From Octopus vulgaris (Eukaryota), in NCBI GenBank assembly GCA_951406725.2, contig OX597831.1:11036001-11100000 (forward strand): a stretch of DNA of 64,000 bases, read 5' to 3'. The position numbers were made by a program, and so were the translations under genes. Below are positions 29,377 through 45,636 of the stretch, piece after piece. Positions within the stretch are counted from its first letter, which is position 1, and each line of letters starts with the position of its first letter. A model generated the notes under the pieces. It did not search any database, was not told the DNA's origin, and was given only the letters and a program-made list of their open reading frames with translations.

Positions 29377-29930
29377 ATTTTACCGATCCCTGGTTTTAAC
29401 TGCTGCAGGACAAGCCCTGCGGGAAAAACATGTGAAGGAAGAAGATTCCAGATGGACGATCATCTGGGAAGAAAAAACTGGGTATAATGGATAGAGTGGA
29501 GTTGGGGAGAGGTGTGGGATGGAGTGTCTGAGTGGTGACGATGGTGGTGGTGGTGGTGGTGGGTACATGAGAATAACCAGCTGCGAATAGCAGAGGCCAT
29601 TATGGTGTTATCGATAGAAAAGATAGAGTGACGCTCCATTCTGTGGTTCACGCTTCTGGGCTTCAAACTGGTGCTTGCCCTTTAATGATTGAGCAGCAGT
29701 AAGTGCGAGTGACTTCCCTTTGGATACGACCCAGGATGTCTGTATATGAAAGTATTAATTTGGTAAGTAAAAATTTTTACGATTCGATGTCTGCAGAGAG
29801 GATGATGGTTGAGCCATGGCTGTGTCCAAAAGTGAGACAAAGATCAAAAATGGTATTTGGTTTATCAGAAACACGTGTAACATTGGATATCAACGGTGCA
29901 CTTAATTGAAGGTGGACGTCAGTATGACAA
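29377..29930 (-). mobile_element. Decayed CR1/L2-group LINE ORF2 C-terminus
   Basis: Minus-strand remnants ILGRIQRE, ASLYLFYR*HHNGLCYSQL and FLPR*SSIWNLLPSHVFP. Confidence 0.7.
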
Positions 29931-30175
29931 GGAATGAGAGTAATGGTCATGGTGTGTGTGTGTGTGTGGGGGGAGTGGCGATCACATTTGACTCACCGAG
30001 GAAAGGAGTTAACGAGTATCCCTTTAAGTGGTCACTCGACATGCTAGAAATAAGTCAAATTTCTTCTGAAGTATTTGTTGTTGCTATAGCTCAGTTCCCA
30101 TCAGATTTATAATTAAAAAAAAAAAACATTCCAGTTCTGACTACCACCCTCTATTTTTTAAGGATGGGTAACTGC

Positions 30176-30450
30176 GAAGGCGCGTGTCCTAGTGGCTAGA
30201 GTGTTGCGCTCAGAATAATAAGCTCGTGGTTTCAATTCCCGGACTTGGCGGTGAGTCGTGTTCTTGAGCAAAACACTTCATTTCAAGCTGCTCCACTCCG
30301 CTCAGTTATAAATGGGTTCCAGCAAGAGATGTGAAGTTAACTCTGCGACGGACTGGTGACACATCCAGTGGGAGTGTTGTTACCTCAGTTACATACACGC
30401 CATGGAAACCAGGTGAAGTTCCGACCTCATGAGTTCTAGGTGTCACGACA
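30176..30450 (+). mobile_element. Old tRNA SINE with CORE-like and V-like domains
   Basis: Head, GTGTTCTTGAGCAAAACACTTCATTTC (CORE-like) and CTGCGACGGACTGG (V-like). A related head/CORE with a different tail lies at about 42945-43200. Confidence 0.65.
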
Positions 30451-31429
30451 AACAGACCACTACCTAAGACTACTTTATTCAGTAAGTCCTTCATATTTCA
30501 AAACGGTAGGTTACAGCTTGAAATAAATTTGGTTGTTATTTCTAGTAGCTCGAACAACCCTACTGATGATCAATCAATTGAAACGATCAATTATAATTAA
30601 TTCGTAATGGTTTGTGGTTTTTCTGACGTGCAAACTGCCATTCATGGAACAACATCTTAGGAAATATCTTAGAATTAGTTTTTCTTTGTCTTGAAATGGT
30701 TTAACACAAACGAAGAATAAATCACAGGAAACTTTTGTGGTGGCCTTCTTTGAGTTTGTCAATGAAGGAATGGTGAATAACCAACTCGATTCTATAGTCA
30801 GATATATTAACCAAAACCTAGATGTCATATCCTACGTTATACCATTGTGCTGGTATTGATTTGATGACAATATCAATAACTTATGGATATTATCAAAAAC
30901 CTCTTGGTATTGATTATTAAGCCCATTAACGCTTAGAACGTTTTGTTAAATGGACCCGGAATGTTCTGCGTATCCAGCATGAAAGTCTTATCCTTCTTAA
31001 GAAAGAAGAACGCCCATGGAGGATTATAATGGAGGATTATAAGTTTACCATGCTGTTGTTGTTGTTGCTGTTGTAGCTTTTGTTGCTTTTGTTGTTATTG
31101 TCGTCATCGTTGCCGCCGCCGTCGTCGTTGTCTTCGTTCTTGTTCTTTAGCCCCTTATCAGATAAAATTGAGCATATCTATGATCAACAGACGTTCCAGT
31201 CATGACTAACCCAATTTTCTTTCCACAGGTATTGATATATTGTATATCAAGAACTTGCTTATAACATGTAAAGATCAGTTTGTTTTTGTTCTTTTTTTAA
31301 AAAACAAAAAGAGGTAAATTGTTTTTAATTTGAGGGAAATATAGCTACAATTTCTAACTGGTTGTGCAGTGATTTTATGCAGGCATAATTACTGACTCGA
31401 ACATTGCAACGATATAGTAAGGGAGCTGT

Positions 31430-31515
<86 letters not shown>

Positions 31516-31617
31516 TAAAAAAACGAGTGATTGCTCAGTGAAGTCCAAATCGTCGATAATTTTATTTAACATTTTTTGTGCTATTTAAATGTAGAATATT
31601 CATTCTTCATAATATAA

Positions 31618-32016
31618 CTAGCAGTATCGCCCGGCGTAGCTCGGGTTTGTAAGGGAAATAACTATATAAGCATTTTTAGAGATGTAAAGTATAATAGCCA
31701 TCTCAATATGGCTAACCACAAAGGGGGGGGGGTGTTACCGTAGCTTTTTACGTTCTGAGATTTAATAATAAATTTTTAGAGAGTTACTTCCCTTATATAT
31801 GCCAAAAATGCATTAAAAATCTGAAAAATTGATGGTAAATTTTTTTTTAAATCGTAAACTCATCGTAGACGCGCGCGAATACCCGGAAGGGCTCGATATG
31901 AATCACGACTATAAGATACCCGGTTTTGGTTAAACTGCACCGCACAATGTGGGAGTAGTTAGGAATCTAAATCGTAGGAGACAGACAGCACACAACCTCT
32001 CTTTTATATATATAGA
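31618..32016 (-). mobile_element. Non-autonomous Helitron
   Basis: Minus strand starts TCTATATATATAAAAG and ends with the hairpin CCCGAGCTACGCCGGG followed by CGATACTG-CTAG. It sits between A and T with no TSD. Confidence 0.9.
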
Positions 32017-32721
32017 TAAGTCCAGCGAGGAGGAACGCACATAACCCTTTAGATTTCTTGAAGTATTTTTTCTCTCATATCTCCCAAGATAAATCTGGTG
32101 AAATGTGTATAAACGATAACAACAGTGAGAAAGCTTTCAAGGGGCCGCTTCAATTGCTAAAAACGGTAGCCAAGTCTCATTAAGATTATTAAGAAGACAC
32201 CTTAGTCTTTCCACTCAATTTCTGATTATTGGTCTGTTTATTGGGGGCTAAAACAACAACAACAACGACAACAACAACAGTAGCAGCAGCAGCAGTGATG
32301 GCAACAACAACAGCAATAACAGTAGCAGCAGAAGCAGCGGCAGCAGCAGCAACTACAACAACAATTCCGAAATGTCGATTCGCTCGCAGGGCCGAGATTT
32401 GAAGCCATCTGATTAAAACCACTCACATCCACTCCAGATTAAACTCGAACATCACCGAGTGACACTCTAACCGTTCACTTACGTACATACGTACACTGTC
32501 AAGACAATACTTACATATACAGACACACAGACAAGGTACAATGATACAACCAATAGGGAAATTGCACTCTAATTGATTGTGTAAGTGGGGGGGGGGGAGA
32601 AATGTTGATGTGCCGTTCCTTAAAAATAAACGATTTGTGACGTAACTGGAAAGTTGTTGCTGAACGCCGCCATTAGACAGGGTCTTTCGGCTGCATGTAA
32701 CACCGATGCTCGAGCTAGCGT

Positions 32722-32780
<59 letters not shown>

Positions 32781-33829
32781 TGTGTGTGTATGTGTGTGTT
32801 TATGTGTGTATATGTATCTGTATAATAGATAAATAGATAGATAGATATGTGGTAGATATAGGTGTATACATAGACACTCATACATACTTACATGCATACA
32901 TTTGCACATACATAAAGTATATGCATATATATATATATGCATGCATACATACATACATACATACATACGTACATACATACATACATACTTACATACATAC
33001 ATACATACATACATACGTAATACATACATACATACTTACATACATACATACATACATACATACGTACATACATATATAGCTATCTACCTACCTACATAAA
33101 CTCGTAGCACGCTGAAAGTGGCGAGATCAAACATATTTAACGAAAGCGGCGAAAGAGGAAATTTGTGAGGGAAGGGGAGGGAGAGAGAGAGAAAAAGAAA
33201 GAAGGAGTGAGGGAATTGGAGAAAGAGGAGGATAGACAGAGTGAAGGGGGAAGAGAGAAGAGGAAAGAGAGATGAATAGACCTTTTTTTTAAAAGGAGAG
33301 AAAACTAGAGAGGGGAAAATAGAAACAGAATAATCAGTTAATTTTCAGTAATTAAAGTGAGAGGTGTTTGAGAAGAAGAAGAAGAAGAAGAAGAAGAAGA
33401 AGAAGAAGAAGAACAACAACAACAACAACAACAACTGCAAGAAAAATGAGGAGAAGGAGGAGGAGGAGAAGAAGTAGGAGGAAGATGAGGAGGAGTAATG
33501 GAGGAGGAAGATGATGAGCAGGTGGAAGATGATGAGGAGGTGGAAGATGAGGAAGCGGAGCAGGAAGATGAGGAGGAGGATGGAGGAGGAAGATGAGGAG
33601 GAATGGAGGAGGAAGATGATGAGGAGGTGGAAGATGAGGAAGAGGAGGAGGAATGTGAGGAGGAATGTGAGGAGGACTGGGACTAGGAGGAGGAGGTTGA
33701 GGAGGTGGAATGGGAGGTGAAGGTGGAGGAGGAATGGGAGGTGGAGGAGGAGGAGGGATGGGAGGAGGAGGAGGGATGGGAGGGGGACGGGGAGGAGAGG
33801 GAGAAGGAGGAGGGTTAGGAGCAGGAGCA

Positions 33830-35460
33830 TGTTGCATAAAAATAGTTATTCGAAAGAGAAATAAATTCTGCATAAGGTGTAAAAGATAGAAAGTTTGTAT
33901 GGTGTTAGTAACAAAATATTTCGTAAGAAATAGAACTTTTATCATCGGTCTTAAATTTATTTTCGCCAGTGTATATACGGTAGTGTTTTGAGATGATGTG
34001 TGATGTTACGTTTTGTTTTCCTAAGTGCTTTGATGCCTGATTTCTTGGCACGCTTAACTCCATAGTCTATAAGTGAGGGTGGATATTGTCTCTCAGTTAG
34101 TGCTGCTCTGAGGTCTTGAAGAAGGTGGTCCCGGGTATTTCCTTGAGACACTATTGAACAACTCCATTTTTTGCTAAATTGGAGGGGATATTTTGATGTG
34201 TTTCGGGTGGCATATACTAAACTGATGATAGTGTTTCGAGTCCGTTGGTTTATAATAAATCTCAGTTACAATTTGGTTTTTATCATAATATCCAAGAAAG
34301 GAAGCTGTTCTTTACTATATTCCATTGTAAATTGAATGTTAGGATTTATATCATTTTGTATTGATTTAAATTCCAAAAGTTTATCAATGGCTTCCTTCCG
34401 AATGATGAAGTAGTCATCCATATACCTTTTCCAGTTTTCTCTTATACAATGGTGAAATGGATGTCCATATTTTAGCAGTGACACTTTATATATGGTTAAT
34501 TCAAAATAACCCATTATTAGGTCCGAAAGAACAGGGGCTGCTTTCGTTCCCATCACAGTTCTTCATCTTTGGTCATAGTAAGTGTCATCAAAGAGGAAAT
34601 AATTGTTCTGAAGCATAAATTTTTAAGTCTCCATAATAAAAACCTGATTCATGCGTTCCGGAAGTACTTCGAGGGTACTTTACCAACCATAATTTTATTA
34701 CTTTTATTTCATAGTCACGTGAGAAATTGGTGTAAAGATTAATAACATCGAAGGAAACCATTAATGTCTCTTCATCAGTTATTTTTTGGTAGGTGCTCAA
34801 GCATATTTAGATCGTCTCTAATGAAAATTTTCAGCAAGATTTTCAGTAAGATGTTTACAAAATTGCTTAGGTTAGTTAGTTAGTTAGTTAATTTTTGGCT
34901 CAAAAGCAAAAACCAAGGCCATGTAGGGGGACATGGAGTTAAGTACAGGGTGGTGTTCATGTAAAGAGTTCAGGCCACTTGAGGTCAAGGGAGACTTTGA
35001 ACAAAGCGGTCGTCGGCATCTTCACCATCTTGTCTGGCAGCTTGTTCCACGGATCCGCAACCCGGACGGAGAAAGCTCCTCTCCTTCGATTGAGATGAAA
35101 TCGTCGCAGATAGAGCTTTTCGGAATGACCCCGCAGCTGACGCTCTGGAGCAGGAGTGAAGAACAGCTCTTTCGAGAGGTTACACTTTCCGCTTATGATG
35201 TTGAGAGTGAGAATGAGATCACCACGGCGGCGGCGTTTCTCTAGAGAATAAAGGTCGAGCGTCCTCAGCCTTTCTTCATAAGACAAATAGGTGGTGGGTT
35301 TCACAGGCTGGGCCAGCTATAACGGGTCTTAACTTTAAATCTTCTAGTGCTGGGGTATTTATGTATTTGTCTGGTGATTGCATGCAAGCTTCATTAACTA
35401 TCTTGCTCTTGTGTGTTTTAGCTATGCCGTAAAAAGATTTGGTTTACATTTAAAGTTTGT
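33830..35460 (-). pseudogene. Decayed Penelope-like retroelement RT, endonuclease mostly deleted
   Basis: LRPVIAGPACETHHL/SNF, SFDVINLYTN, GTKAAP, WKRYMDDYF and KEQLPFLDI motifs with frameshifts; clearly related to 58637-60599. Confidence 0.9.
34873..35287 (-). mobile_element. 5'-truncated CR1 LINE inserted in the Penelope RT
   Basis: Open LSYEERLRTLDLYSLEKRRRRGDLI...LRGHSEKL...FSVRVADPWNKLP, short 3' UTR and (TAAC)n tail; TAGGT on both flanks. Confidence 0.93.
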
Positions 35461-35903
35461 GATATAAAGTTCGTCATTTATAGTATGTGATATAAACATT
35501 CAAATAAAGAAAATTTATTTATTGAAAAATACAAAATACGCCTAAATATGAATATAATATGAATTATATGTATCTACATGTTATCATCACTATCATGCCT
35601 TATACTATCCCTTTCTCTCCTCTCTCTCTCTTTGTCTTCTCTGTTTATCCAAAACCACCCCCAGCGTCTTCCTCCTCTTCTTCCACCCAATTTCTTCCTG
35701 AATCTTTCATATTTTTCTTCCTTTCATATTTTCCTGTCGTTTGTATTAATTTGGAAAAGTCGAAAGCAATACAAATCGTGACTATTACTGTTGTTGTCGT
35801 TGTTGTTAATACAATTGCTTATGTTCATATTAGCGTTATTGTTGTTGTTTTATTTATTCTAACAGTTATGTTTATACATACATACCTACATACATACATG
35901 CGT

Positions 35904-37800
<1,897 letters not shown>

Positions 37801-38430
37801 ATATAGTAGTGATTATTATTATTATCGTCGCCGTCGTTGCTATAGCAAGGAAATGCCTAAAATCTTCTTCCTGTTGTGATTGTTGTTATTGTTGTTGTTG
37901 TTGTTCTTCTTCTTCTTCTTCTTCTTCTTCTTCTTCTTCTTCTTCTTCTTCTTCTTCTTCTTCTTCTTCTTTCTTCGAGGTGTCTGTAGACACTTTACTG
38001 TTGTTGATTCTTCTTCTCCTCCGTAGTTAAAGGTCCACACCAACCGAAGAACCACCTGGTCTTCTCTGCGAGGAAAAGACACAGTCTGGGCTTCTAACGA
38101 CATTTTGATTAATTAAGACACATTTCTTATTCCCCTTTAATTAGCCGCCGGCCACCTCAATCAAATCGCCGAAATTTAAAGGCGAGTTTTAATCCGATTC
38201 TTCCTCGTCAACACCCCTACTACTTCCAACACATTTCTTTCTCTCTTTCTTTCTTTCTTTCTTGTTGCACACACCCATACACATACATACAAACATATAA
38301 TATCAACAAACACACACACACACACATACGTATATACAAACATACATACATATAGACAGACAGAAAGACAGATAACTAGACAGACAATTAAGCAGAGAGG
38401 CATACAGACAAACACACACACAGATAGATG

Positions 38431-38504
<74 letters not shown>

Positions 38505-39065
38505 CAGGCACATATTTCTATCTTTCTATCTTTTCTTTCTTTCTAACTTTTGTTATTTCCCCCTCCCCTTCCCCTTTCATACAAACTGTACTTCATTAAT
38601 ATATGTTTGTATAAATATTTACGTATGTACGTCTCCAAATCTATTTGTACATATGTGTGAATATGTATATATGCAAAGGTTGTCCATAAATTACGTTTAC
38701 AATTTAAAAAATTCAGACTGACTAAAAAATGCGGATAACCCAGCCACAGTTTATTGACCAACATATAAACATAGCAAACTTATAAAGAATGTTGAATTCA
38801 TTTTGGAGGCGTTTTTGTAATCGACGAAAGTGACTTGTTTTGTTCTTTCCGTTTCAAGTATAATTAAGGCGCGTGAGCGAATTAGTGGTTGAGGTGTTAG
38901 CTTGGCGTAGGTTCGTTTTCAGGGAAGAGTGTCTCGCTTTGTCCTTTACCAAGGCACTTTAGTTGTTGTATTTATTCACACTTCTTTTAGAACAAACTAT
39001 ACTGCGGTGGTTGCCATGAGAGAAACCCTTATATTGGCTTTTAGAATAAAATACATGCATACTTA

Positions 39066-39487
39066 CATCGTTAGCGGGGAGAAAATCCCCACCAACTCCT
39101 GCGCCGAGGCGACCATATCACGTGATTTCAACATTCCGTGGTTTTGTCAGTGATGGACGCTCGGCAGCTAGAGGTAGCAGCGATTCACCTCCCCGCCAGC
39201 GATATATAGAATAACCGTGCCAGAACAGGCACTGGTGTCGCGATTAGCCAATGAACCCTGTTTTAAAATTAGTGATAGAGGCAATATTAATAGCGTGACG
39301 TAACACTTACCCCCGTTCAAACGCGGAGAAGAACAATCTATCCTGCGGTTGATGCCATGAAATGAATCGCTGCTACCTCTAACGGTTGAGCGTCCATCAT
39401 TGACATGACCAAAGATGGTCGAAATCCCGTGATCTGATGGTCTCAGTGCTGGAGATTGTAGGGATTCATCTCTCCCCGCTAGTGATG
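39066..39487. mobile_element. MITE with ~122 bp imperfect TIRs and TA target duplication
   Basis: 39066-39187 is the reverse complement of 39363-39487 (CATCGTTAGCGGGGAGA... versus ...TCTCCCCGCTAGTGATG); TA on both sides. Confidence 0.88.
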
Positions 39488-40643
39488 TAAACAAGAGTGC
39501 ATTTTGCACCATAAGCCAATAATGGGAGTTTTTCTCATGGTATCTGCCACAGTATAGTTTGTTCTAACAGAACATCAACGTTTAACTGGGAATAAATATT
39601 ACCTATTGTGGTGTTAGTGGTATTATGGGCTGTGATGGATCTATGTGGTGTTGGTGGAGGGGATTGCAGATGAGGTAGACGGAAGTAAGGACTGCAGAGG
39701 CCTGTGACACAGGCACAGGACATGCGTGGGCAGGAAGCACGTGTGGAGTTCGAGCAGAGACGGCAGCGAGAAAAGACGTGTTTATTTCGTGAGAGTGACC
39801 GCTCATTCCGCCGAGGTCAACAGGTCAGGCATTTCGTATTTCTTTCTCCCTTTTTTCTTCTTTTTCTCTTGTCCTCTTCCTCCATCACACAACACCTTTC
39901 TTCCTTTATACATGAAACTTAAGAACACATGAACCTATGATTGGCTTGAATGAGATTTGGCTGTTATTTCTTGCAGATTGATTGTCCACCTTGCATTACC
40001 TCTTATTGTGAATGCGTTTTAAAAATTCTTTTATTCTTTTATTCTCTTATGTGTTTCAGTCAAAAGACTGTGGCCATACTGGTGCATCTATATCAAAAGA
40101 GAACAAAAGCAGATGAACTCTGGTCGGGTGGGCCTATGGTCAATCAGAGATTCCATTTATGGCTATTCCAACTTTAACAAACACGTTATTTGAAAATTTT
40201 ACTGCTATTTTTAGTACGTTGGATATCCACATGGAAAATTACTATATTGCCTCTTATTGTGATCAAAGTGAGGATAAAAAGGATTCTGATTGTGACCATC
40301 ACACCTTTTTCCCTATATAAATATACGAAACCTAAGAATATATCCACCAACGTGTAATTTGCATGAGATTTGGCTGTTATTTCTAACGTAATCCGTGACC
40401 ACACACAGACTACCTCATTGAGTGGCGTGTTGCTAATGTCATTGGTCTGTAGTTGTGAAGGGGGGGTGGGGGTGGCAGGGGGGTTGGTTACGAAGTGAAA
40501 AGCAAAATTAACGATTTCCGTAAAGATCTCTCGTTAAAAATTGTCAAACTCCGACAAAACCTACGCATTCCCTGCCCCATCCTCGCATCTCCTGTAATCC
40601 CCTCCACCACCACCATCTAACTGCATCGACCTTTCCTTTCACT

Positions 40644-40688
<45 letters not shown>

Positions 40689-41104
40689 CTCTCTCTCTCT
40701 CGTCTCTTATCCTCATATCCGTTTCCCGCGAACCTCTTTGCCTCTTCAAGTCCCATCACCGCAGGCGAGTTGTTAAAATTTAACCAGCCGTTTGTTTCTC
40801 CGCCTTCGCCGACCTTACCACGCTCCAGCTTCAACAACACGCCACCACCACCACCGCCACCACCACCACCAAAGCCACCACCGCCACCACCACAACCAGC
40901 ACCGACACCACAACCGACGCTACCACCATCACCACCAACACAACCATTATCACCACGACGATGATGACAGCATGTCAACAACTATTTCCAGCTTAAATGA
41001 TGATTCCCACCTCCTCCCCGCCCTCCGCCTCCTCCTCCACGTCTCAATTTCCTCCTTTTGTTTCAACTTTATAATTTTCTTCTCTTCTCTCCTTCTCTCC
41101 CCCC

Positions 41105-41250
<146 letters not shown>

Positions 41251-41469
41251 CCTATCGATATACATACATAGACTGTGTATGTGTGTGTGTGTGTGTGCGT
41301 GTGTGGGCGCGCGCACGTGCGTGTGATGGTACTCATGTCGTTTTGGTGATACAGGAAAACGGGACTCAAAGACATGAGTATATATGTGTGTCTTTTATAA
41401 ATAATTGGTAGAAGTTACAGAGCGATTCAACGGTCAGGTGTTTCATACAATGCTACTTATTAAATATAT

Positions 41470-41542
<73 letters not shown>

Positions 41543-41949
41543 CGTATGCATGTATGTATAGCTAGATAGATAAAATTAAAGATATATATATGAAATGGAT
41601 GTTTTATAAAACTATTCCGCACATACAATAACAGCCATACCAACAATCCAGCATACCCCCATCATCAGCTGCCCCACGAATATCATTATGGTTTCGACAC
41701 CTGGGGAGTACCATTCAGTCCGGTGGTGTCAACAGCAATAAAATAAGTGTTGTTTGGGAACAAGCATACCTTAGATATCACCACATTCTTTCAATCATAA
41801 TTCTAGCAAGGATTAGACAGTAACAATATTGATTAAACTACAACAACGAAACACATTTGCCCTTTGAATAAAAACAGAATCGGTAAATACATTCATTAAG
41901 TAAGCCTATTACTAATTTCTAAATTATCTAAATCAATAGCGATTAACCC

Positions 41950-42395
41950 TTGCACTCCATACAGATAATATTCCCACCTACAGTTTGCAAATGGGTAAAT
42001 TGTCACCATTTTGTATTTTTTATTTCTCGTATGCGCATTGTTTTAGATTTTGTCAACTATACAGTATAGTAGGGTCAATTGGACACCGTCTATGAGAAAA
42101 ACAGTACCATGACGCAATTCACTCTGCCAGAAATTTGTAAACGACATGCTGTACGGCTTGGCATTCTTGCTGGTGGTTCAAATACGAACATTTCAGAGTG
42201 TTTGGGTGTCAATCTGATGACACGTACCAAGAGTGATAAAACTCAAACATCCAGTCAATATCATGGTGTTTGGAGTGATCGCTACCGATGGCGACGTTAT
42301 GCCTCCATTCATCTTTCCATTCGGCCTCAGAATCAACATGGAGGCTTACATCAAGTGCCCGGAGGAGGTAGTGCTACCCAGGGCCAAGAGGGAGG
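41950..42395 (+). mobile_element. Internally deleted DD37D (maT-like) Tc1/mariner transposon
   Basis: MTQFTLPEICKRHAVRLGI (N-terminus) is joined to KHPVNIMVFGVIATDGDVMPPFIFPFGLRINMEAYIKCPEEVVLP, typical of the maT catalytic domain. Confidence 0.8.
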
Positions 42396-42818
42396 TAAAG
42401 TGGACCTCTGCGGAATTTGAAGTCAGAACGTAGCAGCAGACGAAATACCATTATGCATTTCGCCCGGCGTACTAACGATTCTGCCAGCTCGCCACCCTTA
42501 TTTCTAATTCTAATTTTTCTCTTCATTGTTCAATTTAGACTTTAACTAGCTTCATTTTCAGAAAGAAAAACAAAAAAAAAAAAAGAACTCTTTAATTATT
42601 AAATCATCTATTTTTCTTTCAACGTAATTGATGAACTTGACTGCATTTTTTCCAAGGGTACACAGAATGCCCCAAACGGAAGTGAACAGGACATTCTCTT
42701 TAAGCTTAATCCTATATTATTTACTTGGCATCATTTACAGATCTTATGGGTGGCATTCATTAACGGACGCTATAAGGAACCACAAGACTATATGATGCAA
42801 GAGGACCTACAAGTTTAT

Positions 42819-42864
<46 letters not shown>

Positions 42865-43524
42865 GTGTGTATGTGTGTGTGTGTGTGTGTGTGTTCCTGC
42901 GTGCCTGTCAATGAGCATCTAAATAAATAAATATGTATGTATATGAGAGCGTTTGACCTGACCTAGTGGTTAGCGTGTAGCACTCACGATGTAGCGATCG
43001 TCGTTTCAATTCCTAGATTGGGCAGTGCGTTGTTTTTCTTGAATATAACACTTCATCTCACTTCGCTCTGCGATTACGTCGACACCTGACGCATGGCACA
43101 CCGTGGAATCTGTTCAGACAAACGGCGATTTGAAGGAGGGAGTGAGCCAAAGTGTGACACGAACCTTTGATCATTATGAACAAATCCATTGGCGAGAAGA
43201 AAATGGAGGGAATCCAGAGGTGGTGGTCATCAGTTGTTAGACAATATATTATGTTACACTGAAAAGATGGCAATAACACATGAGGACATGAGGTAGTGTG
43301 ACTTCCTGGCTGAAACAGCTGTAAGAAACTGCTCTTCTTTCTCTATTCTAGAAATTACTAACACTTTACACATGGTTTCATATATTTTCTGAACTTTTTA
43401 AAATAAATAAATTAATAAATAGACATAATATAATGTTTCACAGCTGAGGAATACTACTTCTGGATGCCCTCCATTTTCTTTTTACCATACATACATACAT
43501 ACATACATACATACATACATACAT

Positions 43525-43612
<88 letters not shown>

Positions 43613-43615
<3 letters not shown>

Positions 43616-43746
43616 AGGAAAAAATCTATCAGAAAGGAACTCTAATCTTTTGATAAGCATAACAAATGCGCAACCGGTAAAAGAACTTTCACCTAATTAA
43701 ATTACTTAAATTACTTAAATTATTTTGTCAGCATTTTCTTCATTTC

Positions 43747-43750
<4 letters not shown>
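43613..43750 (+). mobile_element. Short (TA)n-embedded element H3 with degenerate hammerhead motif
   Basis: 43646-43684: TCTT-TTGATAA-GCAT-aacaa-ATGC-GCAA-CCGG-TA-AAAGA (U3:A8 core; GAAA reads GCAA). Confidence 0.6.
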
Positions 43751-43798
<48 letters not shown>

Positions 43799-43876
43799 TA
43801 TATACATATATATACATACATATGCACATATATATACATACATATATACATATACATATACATACATATATATATA

Positions 43877-44016
43877 CCGGAGTAAGCACATAAATGTGAA
43901 ACAAGGCGGAAAAAAAGAGTACTCAAATACCAGAGGTAGAGTAATATGTTTTATTTAAAAGCAGCAGAAATATAACAAAAGCTGTTACTCGGAGTTTCAC
44001 GTTCCCTTTCGTCAGA
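43877..44016 (-). mobile_element. Short microsatellite-embedded element H4 with hammerhead motif
   Basis: Minus strand of 43982-44015: CTGACGA-AAG-ggaa-CGT-GAAA-CTCCGAG-TA-ACAG. The 5' strand of stem I is lost at the truncation point. Confidence 0.65.
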
Positions 44017-44630
44017 TACATATATGTTATGTATGTATGTATGTATGTATGTATGTATGTATGTATGTATGTATGCATGTATGTATGTATGTATGTATGT
44101 ATGTATGTATGTATGTATGTATATATATGTGTGTGCATACACATAACATACACGCAAATTGTCCACTATTTCTTTCGCTTTCTTAAGATGGTAGAGCGTG
44201 ATTTGGAAACAGGCATTTTCGTTATTATTTCTAGCTCGCTCCACTACCTTATAGTGGCTACCTCACAGTTGCAAGCCGCAAAAACCTCTGCTGCTACTAC
44301 TGCTGCTGCTGCTGCTGCTTCTTACCATTTTTGATGCACTTGGTGGTGATGATGATGGTGACGACGACGACGATGACGACAATGATGGTGATAGTGGTGG
44401 TGGTGGTGGTGGAGGAGGTGGCGGCGGTGTTGACGATGACGTGGATGCCAGTTCTAACTTCCTTATTGTGTATTTCGCTATGACGGCTTCCGACTTGACA
44501 TGCCTGAAGGTGAGCTGGTGTCCTAGTAATAATAATCGATGGTATTTACGATGACATCTACAGACAAGACATCTCGCATCGGCAAAATCAACAACAAGAA
44601 CAAGAACAACAACAACGCTGGTGACAGAAA

Positions 44631-44710
<80 letters not shown>

Positions 44711-45287
44711 GCAGCGACAGCAATAACAGCCGAGTTTATATAGTTGCCACAATAATTATAAAAACAAGCTTCAACAACGATGTCGGCAACAACAATAACA
44801 ACATCATTCACAAGAAGAAGAACGGTCACAAGAAGAGAAACTAAATTTATAGTTGTCACAATAATCATAAAAAAAAAGAAGAGAGAAGACCCAACAAGAA
44901 TATAAACATAAACAAAAATTAATAGCTGCAAAAATAACAACAACAACAACATCAACAACAGCCACAACGGCGAATTGATTGTTGCAATCATAAAGAAATG
45001 CAAAGAATGGCGAGAAAAATATAAAGAAAAAGAGGTAATGGCCGTTTGGAAGGGTAACATCAAGATCAGTAACAACAACAACCACAGCAACGATAACAAC
45101 AACAACAACAACAACAACGATAACAATAATTACAATGAGCGATATGATGTACAACAACTTGGAAAAGAGAGGAGTAAATAACAAGGAAAAAAATAATTAA
45201 TGAAATATAGAAAAGAAATATTATTGAAATAAGAGAAATAAATATGGCGGACATACGTTATGGAAAGGTTGTTGACAGTAGGAAGAT

Positions 45288-45318
<31 letters not shown>

Positions 45319-45591
45319 AAGAAGAAGAAGAAGAAGAAGAAGAAGAAGAAGAAGAAGAAGAAAAACCAGCAACGATAGTGGCAATGAGTAGGACAACGGA
45401 AGAGAGGGGGAGGCGGGGAGGGGGAGGAAGAAAACGAAGAAGGCGGAGAAGGAGGAGGAGAAAGAAGAAGAGGAAGAAGAACAAGAAGAAGAAGTAGAAG
45501 AAGAAGAAGTGGAAGAGGAAGAAAAGTAGAAGAAAGGAAGTAGGAGAAGCAGAAGAAAGAAAGAAAGAAAGAAAGAAAGAAGAGATAAAAT

Positions 45592-45636
<45 letters not shown>

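Noticed and set aside
33352-33945. Proline-rich extensin-like ORF
   Set aside because: Degenerate (CCT)n tract downstream of a Penelope ORF.
38674-38850. Tc1/mariner TIR-like CAAAGGTTGTCCATAAATTACGTTTACAATTT
   Set aside because: No partner TIR or transposase remnant was found.
39168-39512. 114 aa ORF as a host exon
   Set aside because: It lies within a MITE, overlapping its inverted repeat; no recognisable motif.
44450-44516. Possible micro-exon ending AAG/GTGAG (similar lone splice-like sites near 38026 and 46685)
   Set aside because: No supporting acceptor/donor pair or recognisable peptide; it cannot be supported without RNA data.
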